A program made the position numbers and the translations under genes. Below are positions 14,416-26,401 of a stretch of DNA of 64,000 nucleotides, in pieces (the first letter of the stretch is position 1; each line of letters begins with the position of its first letter). This DNA is from Octopus vulgaris (Eukaryota): the NCBI GenBank assembly GCA_951406725.2, contig OX597842.1, forward strand, positions 34,162,001 to 34,226,000, written 5' to 3'. Under the pieces are notes generated by a model. The model was given only the letters and a program-made list of their open reading frames with translations, was not told the origin of the DNA and did no database searches.

Positions 14416-15951
14416 TATGTTTCTTTATTAGCCACACAGGGCTGCACACAGATAGTACAAATTACAAGGTAGAGCTTTTCTTTTGAAAGTTTAAAAAACA
14501 AAAAGGGAAGGGGAAGTTTCGATCAAAAGGGATCGTAAAAGGAGAGAAAGAGGACAAAAAAAAGGGGGGGTTAAAAAAAAGGGGGAGAGGAAAAAAAAAT
14601 TGATCAATAGGGATCGTTATCACAGAAATGTCAATATGAAGTGTAAAGGGGAGGACAGGTGAGGTTTACCAGTGGAAAGAAAAGCCTACGGAAAAGACCA
14701 CGGTAACCTCGGTCAATGGAGTCACATGTTATATTTCTTTCTTTTTTTTTTTTTTGCGAATAAACAACTCTCTGTTTTCAATTTCTGGGTTCATAGGATC
14801 ATGCTCAAGGTGGCTTCGTCATTCATACGTGCCATTCTTGCTACATTCACCCATCTTTTTTAAAACATTCGCTAGACAAAACGTGCCTCTCTACTCTCAC
14901 TTTCCTTTTCAAGTGGTACTTGAAGAAGTTGATGAGAGATTGACCAGAGAGGAAAGTGTTTGTCTCCAATCCTTTCAGACGCGTCCACCAGATACATTCT
15001 TTCGCCATAGCCACAAGGATGATGAAAATAGCTCTTCCTTCCCGTTTGAAGGAAGGAGGCGTGACAATATTGACGATAGACTCAGCTGATAAACCGACTC
15101 GTCCCACACGTGACAGCAGTTGTTCGACATAAGCCCACAGGTCGGAAATTGTTGGACACTGAACGAGTGCGTGCAGAACGGTTTCGTCGCTCTGACCGCA
15201 TCTCGGGCAGGTCGGCCCCGTGTTTCTCGAGCCGTGTCTGTAGAGCTTATCCCGAACGGGTAGCGCTTCTCGGTAGCACTGCCAGGCCAGGGATCTCTGG
15301 AAGTTGTCCATGGGCCCTGGCCCGAAAGTCGTCCTGAACAGGCGGGTCAGGTACTCCTCGTCGACGTCCAGGTTCGCCCCGAGCTCGTCGTCGTACCTCC
15401 CCTCCACTAAACCCCTATAGAATGCTTTGGTTGTGTTGAAGTCACTTAAGGTCGACCCAGGACGGCAGAGTTGCTTGAGAGCAACGCGACACTCGCGGTG
15501 CCATTCGCCCTTCCTCGGCCTCTTTTTGATCCACGACTGCAGTTCGGTCATGGAGACGAGCTGCGGGAAAGCGTGCCTCACAAACGGCGACCACACCTGT
15601 TCACCGTCGTCTACATAGAGCCAGAGATGTCGCAGTCTCAGCGCGTGTCTGCGCATCATCAACCACGGCATGCCCAGCCCTCCTTTTAACGGGTGTTGAC
15701 AGCAAATGGATCGCCTGACCATCGGGACGCATCCTTTCCACAAGAAGCGAAAGAGGATGCGTTGTAGTTTGGTGATGGTAGGGTCGGGACAAGGTACGAC
15801 GGTCAGGCGGTAGTAGATGACGGACGCGATGTACGTGTTCGCCACCTCCGCTCGACCTTTTAGGGACAGTTTCCTCTCGGCCCATTGCCGGGCTTTAGGG
15901 ACAGTTTCCTCTCGGCCCATTGCCGGGCGCTCTCGGCCCATTGCCGGGCTT
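14416..15951 (-). mobile_element. Tx1/L1-like LINE, 5'-truncated copy (~1.5 kb), GATA repeats on both sides
   Basis: ORF2 C-terminal region plus 3' UTR ending AATAAAGAAACA(TATC)n; the 5' junction abuts (GATA)n at 15953. Confidence 0.9.
14847..15941 (-). pseudogene. Truncated ORF2 of a Tx1/L1-clade non-LTR retrotransposon (post-RT region and zf-RVT-like CCHC finger)
   Basis: Motifs W..RKLSLKGRAEVAN, FRFLWKG, GGLGMP, LPVRDKL, CPRC..DETVLHALVQC. A 1-nt shorter T run near 14855-14861 shifts the last codons relative to the neighbouring copy. Confidence 0.85.
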
Positions 15952-15952
15952 C

Positions 15953-16051
<99 letters not shown>

Positions 16052-16492
16052 AAACCAACCCCACTTTTATTAGCCCTGTGGGGCTAATAAAGAAACATAT
16101 CAATTAGAACATGCATCATCGTAACCGACCGAGTTCCAGCAAAACCATTAGAAATACCAGAACCGCAGAGCACAAATATTCATTTCGATACAAGAACCCG
16201 CAGACCAAGATTTCGAATTTTACAGGCAAATCCTCACCCCACACAAATCAGTCCTCCCTCTTCAGAAACCTGACAAACTTTCGTCTAAATTTAATTCCGA
16301 TAATAATACAATGGACATAAAGAATAATTCTTTAAGTTTATTCTTTTTTTTAAATTTAATTTCAATTTTATTTTGTTTTATATATTTAGTTTATGTTTTC
16401 GATTTTGGTTTTCTTGTGTTCTTGAAATTTATGTTTTTGACTTTTGGATCTTGGCAAATTTTCTTCATGTTGATTTTTATATCTGTTCGTCA

Positions 16493-16592
<100 letters not shown>

Positions 16593-16604
16593 TCATTATT
16601 ATTA

Positions 16605-16659
<55 letters not shown>

Positions 16660-16677
16660 CATTATTTTATTAAAATT

Positions 16678-16712
<35 letters not shown>

Positions 16713-16837
16713 CCTTGTTGCTATTGTTATCATATTCATGTCCCTCTTTCGTCATCCTCCTACTCATCATCATCATCAACATCATCATCGTCATCATCGT
16801 CATCATCATCGTCATCGTCATTGTTATTACTGTCATT

Positions 16838-16869
<32 letters not shown>

Positions 16870-17707
16870 CGTCGTTATTATTAAGTCGATTTCAATTGGT
16901 TTCTGCGGTTTGTGGGCAGATGCGGAGTTGGGTGGCAAGACACGGGGGAGGGGAGGGGAGCTATTTGTTTTCGAAAATGTTTCACAATGATGACGACAAT
17001 GGTAAAAATGATGATGATGATGATGATGATAATCATCATCATCTTCATCATCATGACGACGACGACGGTGGTGGTGGTAGAGATGTTGGTGATGATGATG
17101 TTGATGATGATAAATTTCCTGTCTTCATTCGGTTTTAGATATGTTGCTGCTTGAGGCTAAATTCTATACAATGTGATACAAAATACACACATATATATAC
17201 ACATATATATATATACATACATATATATATACATATATATATATACATATATATATACATATATATATATATACATATATATATACATATATATATATAT
17301 ACATATATATACATATATATGTGTACACATATATATGTATACTCGTATACATATATATATATAGATATATGTATGTAACTATATATACACATACATACTT
17401 GTACATATACACACATATAAATATATATATATTGTATGTGTACATATATACAAATATACGTTTTTGAATATATATATATATACATATATATGCGTATATA
17501 TATATATATATACTTACATAAATGTATGTATGTATGTATGTATGTACGTGTGCATATTTACATTTATGTATATATGTGTATAAATGAAGAAGTTTACGAC
17601 ACACAAACCATTGTCACACATATATACGCATGCATATTTGTTGAGTAAAACACTAAAAGAGAGGGGGAGAGAAACAAAAGGAGTGAGAGAGACGGACAAA
17701 GAGACAG

Positions 17708-17748
<41 letters not shown>

Positions 17749-18006
17749 TTAAGAATGAGAGACAAAGAACGAGAGATAGAGAGAGAGAGAAAGAAAGATA
17801 AGGAGAGAATATAAGACAGAAAGATAGGGAACATCGGAGAGATACGAAGGAAAAAGAATCAAAATGTCGGAAAGAAAACATGAAATGGAGAAAGAAAGAC
17901 GGAAAATAAAACTTTTTTTGTTTTTTGTTATTCAATGAGATTTTGGAACAATTCTGAAGAAATTACGAAATGTGTATGAGAATGTGTGTTTGTGTGTGTG
18001 AGTGTG

Positions 18007-18101
<95 letters not shown>

Positions 18102-18155
18102 CAGAGAGAGAGTAGGTGTTTGTATATGTATGCATAGGCAGATATGCAGGCCGGT

Positions 18156-18193
<38 letters not shown>

Positions 18194-18260
18194 TGAGAGA
18201 TGTAGATACACACACACGCACACATATATACATACATATATACATACACATATATCTCTC

Positions 18261-18627
18261 TCTATATAAACGGCAGTTTGTCTGTGTGTGTTTCTGTGTG
18301 TCTGTTTGCTTGTACCCTCACCCTGACCACGGCTTTCAACCGATTCTGATGAAACTTGACACACACATAGCCCAATGCCATAATTCAAAACTAACGCAGC
18401 GAAAATTTTGAAAAGTTCCCCCAGTTCTGAAAAAAATCGATAAATTCGATATGGGGTCGACAATCAGAAACACGAACCACAAACTGTCTAGGGGACGCAA
18501 CGCCACCTTTTTTAACTAAAAAAAAAATTTACCATCATTTTTTTGCTGTTTTTTGGCTATAACTCTCTAAAAATGCTTTATAGTTATTTCCCTTACAAAC
18601 CTGAGCAACGCCGGGTGATACTGCTAG
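18261..18627 (+). mobile_element. Non-autonomous Helitron-like element (copy 2)
   Basis: 5' TCTATATAAAC, internal CCGATTCTGATGAAACTTG, 3' CTGAGCAACGCCGGG..CTAG|T; homologous to 39939-40318. Confidence 0.8.
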
Positions 18628-18726
18628 TATATATATAAGAAATTAAAAAAGGAAAATTACTTATATACATTACAACTCACCACGTGGAGATAATCGAAAT
18701 TCTTCTTTACTGTTACTACTACTACT

Positions 18727-18765
<39 letters not shown>

Positions 18766-18868
18766 ATATATATATATATTGATAGAAATGGCAAGACAAG
18801 AAAATAATGCAACAGGCCTCGATATTATATAAATAGAGGAATTTATCTGACAATTATTCGGTAGCCAT

Positions 18869-18929
18869 GATAAAACTCCGAGTTTCTGATGTCGGGGCGG
18901 AAACCCACGCCGCCATCTCTTCAGTTATC
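18869..18929 (-). ncRNA. Type-I hammerhead ribozyme fold (left arm of fold-back)
   Basis: Reverse complement reads GATAA-CTGAAGA-GATG..CATC-A-GAA-ACTCGGAGT-T-TTATC. Confidence 0.65.
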
Positions 18930-18956
18930 TGGCCATAGCATTTTTTTCGATGGCCC

Positions 18957-19017
18957 GATAACTGAAGAGATGCCGGCGTGGGTTTCTGCCCCGACATCCG
19001 AAACTTGGAGTTTTATC
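18957..19017 (+). ncRNA. Type-I hammerhead ribozyme fold (right arm of fold-back)
   Basis: GATAA-CTGAAGA-GATG..CATC-C-GAA-ACTTGGAGT-T-TTATC. Confidence 0.6.
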
Positions 19018-19084
19018 ATGGCTACCGAATAATTGTCATATTATCTTTACAGATATATAAACCTATATATATATATATGGTATA

Positions 19085-19161
<77 letters not shown>

Positions 19162-19187
19162 AGATATATATATATTTATATATATAT

Positions 19188-19670
19188 ATACAGTGTACAT
19201 TTAAACACATAAGAGGTATCCGTCATAGGATTCCTTGCACGCTAGAAGGAACAGCTAAAATCCAAACCAATATTAGGGATAAACTTCTAAGGGAATGAAA
19301 AATAAAAAAACATTTACCATCTATCTCCTGGACCATGGTTTCAGACTTTTTATAGCAAATGAAAAAATTTGCTAGGCGAAGTCTTCATCAACAGGTACAC
19401 CTAGATTAAACATATAAGTACGAAGCAATCCAGCATGTGCCTCTTGCTTATACATTATAATTTTTCAAATCGACCACGCAAGTGCAGTTTTTTGTCGACA
19501 GCAAATAAAATAATGCCGGCGTTTCTTCGAAAATTTTCCAGAAAAATTATCAATAGTTAATAATATCAGGGTAATAAAAAAATTAAGAAATTTTTACTAC
19601 CTGTGGCCTAGCGCGTAAAAGAAAAGTCAATAGACTATATATTATTCATATAAATACAGTGTACATTTAA
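19188..19670 (-). mobile_element. ~466-bp hammerhead-bearing unit with 17-bp terminal redundancy (retrozyme/Penelope pLTR-like)
   Basis: ATACAGTGTACATTTAA at 19188-19204 and 19654-19670; flanked by (TA)n; permuted relative at 39350-39605. Confidence 0.65.
19327..19395 (-). ncRNA. Type-I hammerhead ribozyme fold (C3U core)
   Basis: Reverse complement reads CCTG-TTGATGA-AGACTT..TAGCAAAT/ATTTGCTA..AAGTCT-GAA-ACCATGGT-C-CAGG; palindromic stem III, GUC triplet. Confidence 0.75.
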
Positions 19671-19683
19671 TATATATAATATA

Positions 19684-19739
<56 letters not shown>

Positions 19740-20008
19740 AGATTATATCCGTATACTAGAAATCGATCTACAGTTAAACCATTTTTAAAAAATCGTTTTT
19801 GGTTATTTCCCTCGCTTTCAGCTCGATCCAATGTGCTAAACGTTGTTCTTAAAGCTATTTGGCGTCTATTTCTAGCACGTGGCGATACTCATTAATGACC
19901 TTACTATAATTATATTCATATAATTGTATATTTTGTATTAATTGTTACCTATATGGTTTATTACATGTTGCCTGATAGATAAAATCTTATATAGATTTTA
20001 TCCTTGAT

Positions 20009-20084
<76 letters not shown>

Positions 20085-20085
<1 letters not shown>

Positions 20086-20320
20086 TGCAAGTGGCTGAGC
20101 ACTCCACAGGCACGTGTACTCGGGAAGATTCAGCATGACACAGAGTGTGACAAGGCTGGAAACAGGAAGAGAGAGTGAGAGTGAGTTGTGATGGAAGAGT
20201 ACAGCAGGGTTCGCCAGCACCCACTGCTTTAGATGTTTTTGTTCAATATACACTCACAACGCCTGGTCTGGGAATGGTAACCGCGAGTCCGCTGCCCTCA
20301 AAACAGGGCCATTGCGTCTC
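20085..20320 (-). mobile_element. SINE family C, diverged and deleted copy with tRNA-like head
   Basis: Reverse complement starts GAGACGCAATGGCCC..GCGGACTCGCGG..TTCCCAGACC and ends GTGGAGTGCTCAGCCACTTGCACG, shared with 63800-63826. Confidence 0.65.
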
Positions 20321-20533
20321 CACACACACACACACACACATACATATATATATAATTAGTACATAGGTAATCGTTTTTTATTTCGTATATTTTCATTTGT
20401 CTTGCTTATTTTTACACTTTGGTTTTTGCTGAATTTTTTCTTGAGAACACATTCTTCGTGGAAAATGGCGATTTTGACGTCTATATCTTGCATACAGGCT
20501 GTCCACTTTTAGTGGTCACTCCTCTAAATTTTG

Positions 20534-20590
<57 letters not shown>

Positions 20591-20920
20591 GTACATATAT
20601 TGTTGACTTCATATGAGTTTCAAAACTTCGATAACGTGTTGAACGGTGTATCGCGAAGCAGATACAGCTATAAAATTACTATAAAAATAACATGTAAAAA
20701 TTGACTGTGAACTCCCGATGGAAAATCGTACTCGAAAGCTAAAGGGAGATGACAAATAGTGTTTTCTTCAAGACTAAAAACTAAAAAACAAAAAAGAACA
20801 CGACTCAGTGTTGATCCAAGTTTCAGGTAAGCGATCGTCAGTCTGAAAATAGAGAAATAGACAGATAGACAGAGGGACAGTTTGTGAGACTGGTTGAAAG
20901 AGACTGATAGGCCCACAGGC

Positions 20921-20951
<31 letters not shown>

Positions 20952-21009
20952 TAGATAGACAAACTGACAAATACATATATATATTGACGTCAACATATAT
21001 ATATGTGTG

Positions 21010-21051
<42 letters not shown>

Positions 21052-21088
21052 ACATCAATATATATTGGTATATATACATGTATATATG

Positions 21089-21144
<56 letters not shown>

Positions 21145-21239
21145 TAAGGAAGATGAGGAAAGGCAAAACATGAAGAAGACGAAGAAGACGAGGAAGAAGA
21201 ATAAAAAGTAAAAGAAAATGAAGGAGAATAAGAAGTGCC

Positions 21240-21374
21240 ATCATTCTCTTCTTCTTCTTCAAATTCTTCTTCTTTTTCTTCATCATCATCCTCATCATCA
21301 TCTTCTTTTTCTTCGTTTTCCTCTTCTTCTTCTTCTAATGCTTCTTGTCCATCTTCCTTCTTCAATTCTTCTTC

Positions 21375-21408
<34 letters not shown>

Positions 21409-21630
21409 ATTCTTCTCCATCTTCTCCTTCTTCTTCTCCTTCTTCTTCTTCTTCTTCTTCTTCTTCTTCTTCTTCTTGTCCATCTTCCTTCTTCAATTCT
21501 TCTTCTTCTCCATCTTCTCCTTCTTCTTCTTCTTCTTCTTCTTCTTCTTCTTCTTCTTCTTCTTCTTCTTCTTCTTCTTCTTCTTCTTCTTCCAATTTTT
21601 CTTCCCCTTCTCCCTCTTCTTCTTCCTTTC
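21240..21630. repeat. (TTC)n-rich pyrimidine tract
   Basis: Direct reading; source of poly-S/F/L/E/R ORFs. Confidence 0.9.
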
Positions 21631-22092
21631 ATTCTTCTCCGGTTACAACCAGACAATACTAATTTCGTTCTCTCACACTCGCTACCTTTGAAGTTCGTTC
21701 CAGACCAACGCTTCTGTAATTTCGCCCTGGGCTCTATATTGTTTCGCTCTTTATACAGTATTCATAATGAGGAAGAAAAAAATTTATTATAATAATAATA
21801 ATAATAATAATGATAACAGGAATGATAATAATAATGATAACAGGAATGATAATAATAATTGCAATGATAATGATAATCGCGATACGTTTTTACTTTTTTC
21901 TGTGTTCAGTTTTCTATCTGTTTATCCAGCTATTTATATATTTGCCTGCCTATCTATCTGTCTATCTGTCTGTCTGCCTCACAGTCTGTCTGACTGTCTG
22001 TCTGTCTGTCTTTCTATCTACCTATCTATGCGCATCTATCTATCACTCTACCTCTATTTCTGTCTATCTATCTATCTATCTATCAATATATA

Positions 22093-22183
<91 letters not shown>

Positions 22184-22373
22184 TTTATTTAAAGCAGCAG
22201 AAAATTCAACAAAACCTGTTACTCCGGTATATATATATATATATAAGTTAGGCACAATAAATTCAGGGTGAATACTTGATAAATGTAAGCACCTGTATAT
22301 GCCAGCTAGTAGCATAGGTGATAGGATATATGTATCAAATGAAATAAATGAAAAACAGGACACAAATGATGTT

Positions 22374-22466
22374 GCGGTACATATGTTTCGGGCTTTATAG
22401 AACAACTTATTCTTACATCAATGCATAATCGACATAACAGATAGATCGAAAGCCTTCTTCAGCCGC
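22374..22466 (-). ncRNA. Type-I hammerhead ribozyme fold
   Basis: Reverse complement reads GCGG-CTGAAGA-AGGCTTT..AAAGCCC-GAA-ACATATGT-A-CCGC; canonical core, palindromic stem III, GUA triplet. Confidence 0.75.
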
Positions 22467-22692
22467 GTGCAATTCCTACACCAAAGACTTGTATCACATT
22501 ATAAAAGGTTTGAGAAGAAACATTTGGTATTGTTTATAATGGTAGGTAAACCGAGTAGCACTGGGAAAGTATGTTTGTAAATCTTCATAGGCGTCCTTGG
22601 TATTATTAGACTCCAAAACAAATCGTCCATACCGTTGTTTCACTCGATATATATATATATATCTATGCACATAGATGGGAGAGTCCGTGATG

Positions 22693-22736
<44 letters not shown>

Positions 22737-22738
<2 letters not shown>

Positions 22739-23137
22739 GCAGGAGTGGCTGTGTGATAAGTAGCTTGCTAACCAACCATATGGTTCTGGGTTCAGTCCCA
22801 CTGCGTGGCATCTTGGGCAAGTGTCTTCTGCTATAGCCCCGGGCCGACCAATGCCTTGTGAGTGGATTTGGCAGACGGAAACTGAAAGAAGCCTGTCGTA
22901 TATATGTATATGTATGTGTGTGTGTGTATGTGTCTGTGTTTATCCCGCTAGCATTGGTTGACAACCGATGCTGGTGTGTGTTATGTCCCCGTTACTTAGC
23001 GGTTCGGCAAAAGAGGCCGATAGAATAAGTACTGGGCTTACAAAAGAATAAGTCCCGGGGTCCGAGTTGCTCGATTAAAGGCGGTGCTCCAGCATGGCCG
23101 CAGTCAAAATGACTGAAACAAGTAAAAGAGTAAAAGA

Positions 23138-23139
<2 letters not shown>
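22737..23139 (+). mobile_element. SINE family A, full length
   Basis: Matches 9615-10022; (TA)n on both sides. Confidence 0.9.
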
Positions 23140-23183
<44 letters not shown>

Positions 23184-23379
23184 GTATGTGTATTTTTTAA
23201 TGTGTACAAAAAACAGTAAAAATAAATAGTTTCCAGGGTAGCAAAAAATCACATAAGTACCAAGAATGTTACTGCTTACTTACAAAGGTAGAAGTTCCAG
23301 GGTTTAGTGAAATGTTTTTGGATAATATAGATATATTAAGAAATGGAGTTAAATGCAGGTGTTAGTCAAATCTTTATAC

Positions 23380-23465
23380 TTCCAACATATGTTTCGAAGA
23401 AAACTTTGGTATTGTTCCCGAGGGAATAAAATGATGTAAAACAATGTAATCATCTCGTCAGGGAA
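23380..23465 (-). ncRNA. Type-I hammerhead ribozyme fold
   Basis: Reverse complement reads TTCC-CTGACGA-GATGA..TCTTC-GAA-ACATATGT-T-GGAA. Confidence 0.7.
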
Positions 23466-23593
23466 AAAAGAGAAACAAAACATATCAATGAATCATTTTA
23501 ACCGAATGTGATTACCGCGAATATGATGGAGGGAACGCTAGCAAGGGATTTTTTAAAAGCCGTTAATCATTTTATTCCCTTAGGAATAATACC

Positions 23594-23819
23594 TATTTCT
23601 TTACTACCCACAAGGGGCTAAACACAGAGGAGACAAACAAGGACAGACAAATTAAGGACCAGTTACGACCCCTGTGAGTAACTGGTACTTAATTTATCGA
23701 CCCCGAAAGGATGAAAGGCAAAGTCGACCTTGGCGGAATTTGAACTCAGAACGTAACGGCAGACGAAATACGGCTACGCATTTCGCCTGGGGTGCTAACG
23801 GTTCTGCCAGATCGCCGCC
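23594..23819 (-). mobile_element. SINE family B, full length
   Basis: Reverse complement: GGCGGCGATCTGGCAGAACCGTTAGC..GAGTTCAAATTCC (B-box)..GCCTTTCATCCTTTCGGGGTCGATAAATTAAGTACCAG..AGCCCCTTGTGGGTAGTAAAGAAATA. Confidence 0.85.
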
Positions 23820-24055
23820 AATGGAATAATACCAATGTTTGACTCCCTGACTCGGCGGTGCATCGTATTCTTGAGCAAAACACTTCATTTAACGTGGGTC
23901 CAGTCACACTTCGATTAGGGGTAATATTGGCCTGTTCAACTGGACAACGAGGTGGCGTCATTTCAAGGCGCTAGAACAATGCAAAACGCATTGTGACAAG
24001 CGAGGTCTAACAACATGTCTAGTCGGTCACGTGGACATATATATATATATATATA

Positions 24056-24286
24056 TATTTCTTTACTACCCACAAGGGGCTAAACACAGAGGGGAGAAAC
24101 AAGGACAGACAAACGGATCAAGTCGATTACATCGACCCCTGTGAGTAACTGGTACTTAATTTATCGACCCCGAAAGGATGAAAGGCAAAGTCGACCTTGG
24201 CGGAATTTGAACTCAGAACGTAACGGCAGACGAAATACGGCTACGCATTTCGCCTGGGGTGCTAACGGTTCTGCCAGCTCGCCACC
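24056..24286 (-). mobile_element. SINE family B, full length
   Basis: Second copy within the tandem duplication. Confidence 0.85.
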
Positions 24287-24503
24287 AATGGAATAATACC
24301 AATGTTTGACTCCCTGACTCGGCGGTGCATCGTATTCTTGAGCAAAACACTTCATTTAACGTGGGTCCAGTCACACTTCGATTAGGGGTATTATTGGCCT
24401 GTTCAACTAGACAACGAGGTGGCGTCATTTCAAGGCGCTAGAACAATGAAAAACGCCTTGTGACAAGCGAGGTCTAACAACATGTCTAGTCGGTCACGTG
24501 GAC

Positions 24504-24534
<31 letters not shown>

Positions 24535-24542
24535 ATATACAC

Positions 24543-24930
24543 AGGAGCAGGAGTGGCTGTGTGGTATGTAGCTTGCTTTCCAACCACATGGTGCCGGGTT
24601 CAGTCCCACAGCGTGGCACCTTGGGTAAGTGTCTTCTACTATAGCCTTGGGCCGACCAAAGGACCTTGTGAGTGGATTTGGTTGATGGAAACTGAAAGAA
24701 GCCCGTCGTGTATATTGTGTGTATGTGTGAGTGTGTGTGTGTGTGTGTATTTGTGTGTCTTAGTTTGTCCAACCGATGTTGGTGTGTTTACGTCTCCGTA
24801 ACTTGGCGGTTCGGCAAAAGAGTCAATAAGTACTAGGCTTACAAAAATTAAGTCCTGGGGTCGATTTGTTCGACTAAAGGCGGTGCTCCAGCATGGCCGC
24901 AGTCAAATGACTGAAGCGAGTAAAATAAAA
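24543..24930 (+). mobile_element. SINE family A
   Basis: Head-to-tail match to family A. Confidence 0.88.
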
Positions 24931-25029
24931 CAATACACATATACACACATACACACACACATATATATATATACATACAATATACACATACATACACATA
25001 CGTTTATGCATATATAAGTATATGCATAT

Positions 25030-25335
25030 TCTTTCATTCCTTAACTGCGGCCATGCTGGAGCACTACTTGTCGTCGAACGGCCCCAGGTCTTATTTTTTG
25101 TAAGCCTAGTACTTATTGTCTCTTTTGCCGAACCGCCAAGTTACGGGGACGTAAACACACCAACATATATAGTATGGGCTTCTTTCAGTTTCCGTCTATC
25201 AAATCCACCCACAAGCCTTTGGCCGGCCCGAAAGCTGTAGCAGAAGACACTTGCCGGAAGTTCCACGCAGTGGGACTGAACCCAGAACCATGTGGTCGGG
25301 AAGCAAGCGTCTTACCACACAGCCACGCCTGCGCC
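25030..25335 (-). mobile_element. SINE family A, internally deleted
   Basis: Reverse-complement match; lies tail-to-tail with 24543-24930. Confidence 0.82.
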
Positions 25336-25459
25336 AATTTATACACACATGTATACTGTCGTCAGGTTAGTTTCTCATAGCTAAAGGTTTCGTGCATTCA
25401 TCGTCCAGCGTTGGAATATGAAGTAAAAGAAAATGGGATTTTCTTAGGGGTTTCAAAAA

Positions 25460-25635
25460 TATCCGCCCACACTATGTTTGTCACGTGGTTAGTTACGTAG
25501 TTGGCCATGTGATTGATCAGGTGAATGGTAACGTTGTTGTCGATGTGTTTCCTTTTTGAACCAGGAAGTGGTTTATCCTTCCTGCTAGTCACGTGGCTAG
25601 TCATGTGCTGAGTGGGCTTACTTTGATTGGCTGGA
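25460..25635. promoter_or_regulatory. Candidate cis-regulatory island (dense motif cluster)
   Basis: CCGCCCAC, GTCACGTGG x2, GTTACGTAG, TGATTGAT, CAGGAAGTG, CTTCCTG and TGATTGGCTG within 175 bp of unique DNA; motif evidence only. Confidence 0.4.
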
Positions 25636-26338
25636 GATAGAGATGGATAGAAAGATGGATAGACTAATGGATAGATAGAGAGAAATCGGCGCGCACACAC
25701 ACACACATTCACACATATGCACACACTCAGAGGCACACATACATAGACACACAGAGAGGAACACACACACACACATACACATACAAAGTCACACATACAT
25801 ACACATAGAGGAACACACACACACACACATACGCGCTGGCACACTTACAAACACGTACCCACGCAGACGCTCAGACATACTGGCACACAAACACACACAA
25901 ATACTCACACACACACAAACGCACATAAACCCACCCAAACACTCATACACACAAACACAAACATACATAAACAGACATACATACACACACAATCACACAC
26001 ACATACCCACGCACACACGCACCCACTCAGACACACTCACAGACACACACACACCAACGCACACACGCAGACACTCAGACACACACACAAACCCAACGCA
26101 CACATACGCATTCACAAACACACACACACACACAATCACACGCATACACACACACACAAACCCACACAAACACTCATGCACACGAACACACACACATACA
26201 TACATACATACATACACACACATAAACACACACACACACATTCTCTCTATCTCAGAATATGCATATGCTTATATATACATGTATGTAAAAATGTGTATGT
26301 ATGTGTATATGGTATTAATGAGTGTGTGTGTGTGTGTA

Positions 26339-26373
<35 letters not shown>

Positions 26374-26401
26374 GTCAGTGTGTAAAATTTCGTGCTGCAT
26401 C

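Larger units (their letters stand above)
23594..24503. repeat. Tandem duplication (~467-bp period) of SINE-B plus a second SINE-like fragment
   Basis: 23594-24036 and 24056-24503 are near-identical; the duplicated ORFs are offset by 467. Confidence 0.92.

Noticed and set aside
14850-14865. Frameshift giving a shortened ORF2 C-terminus as a functional variant
   Set aside because: It is a 1-nt difference in a T homopolymer of a truncated copy, so decay or sequencing error is more likely.
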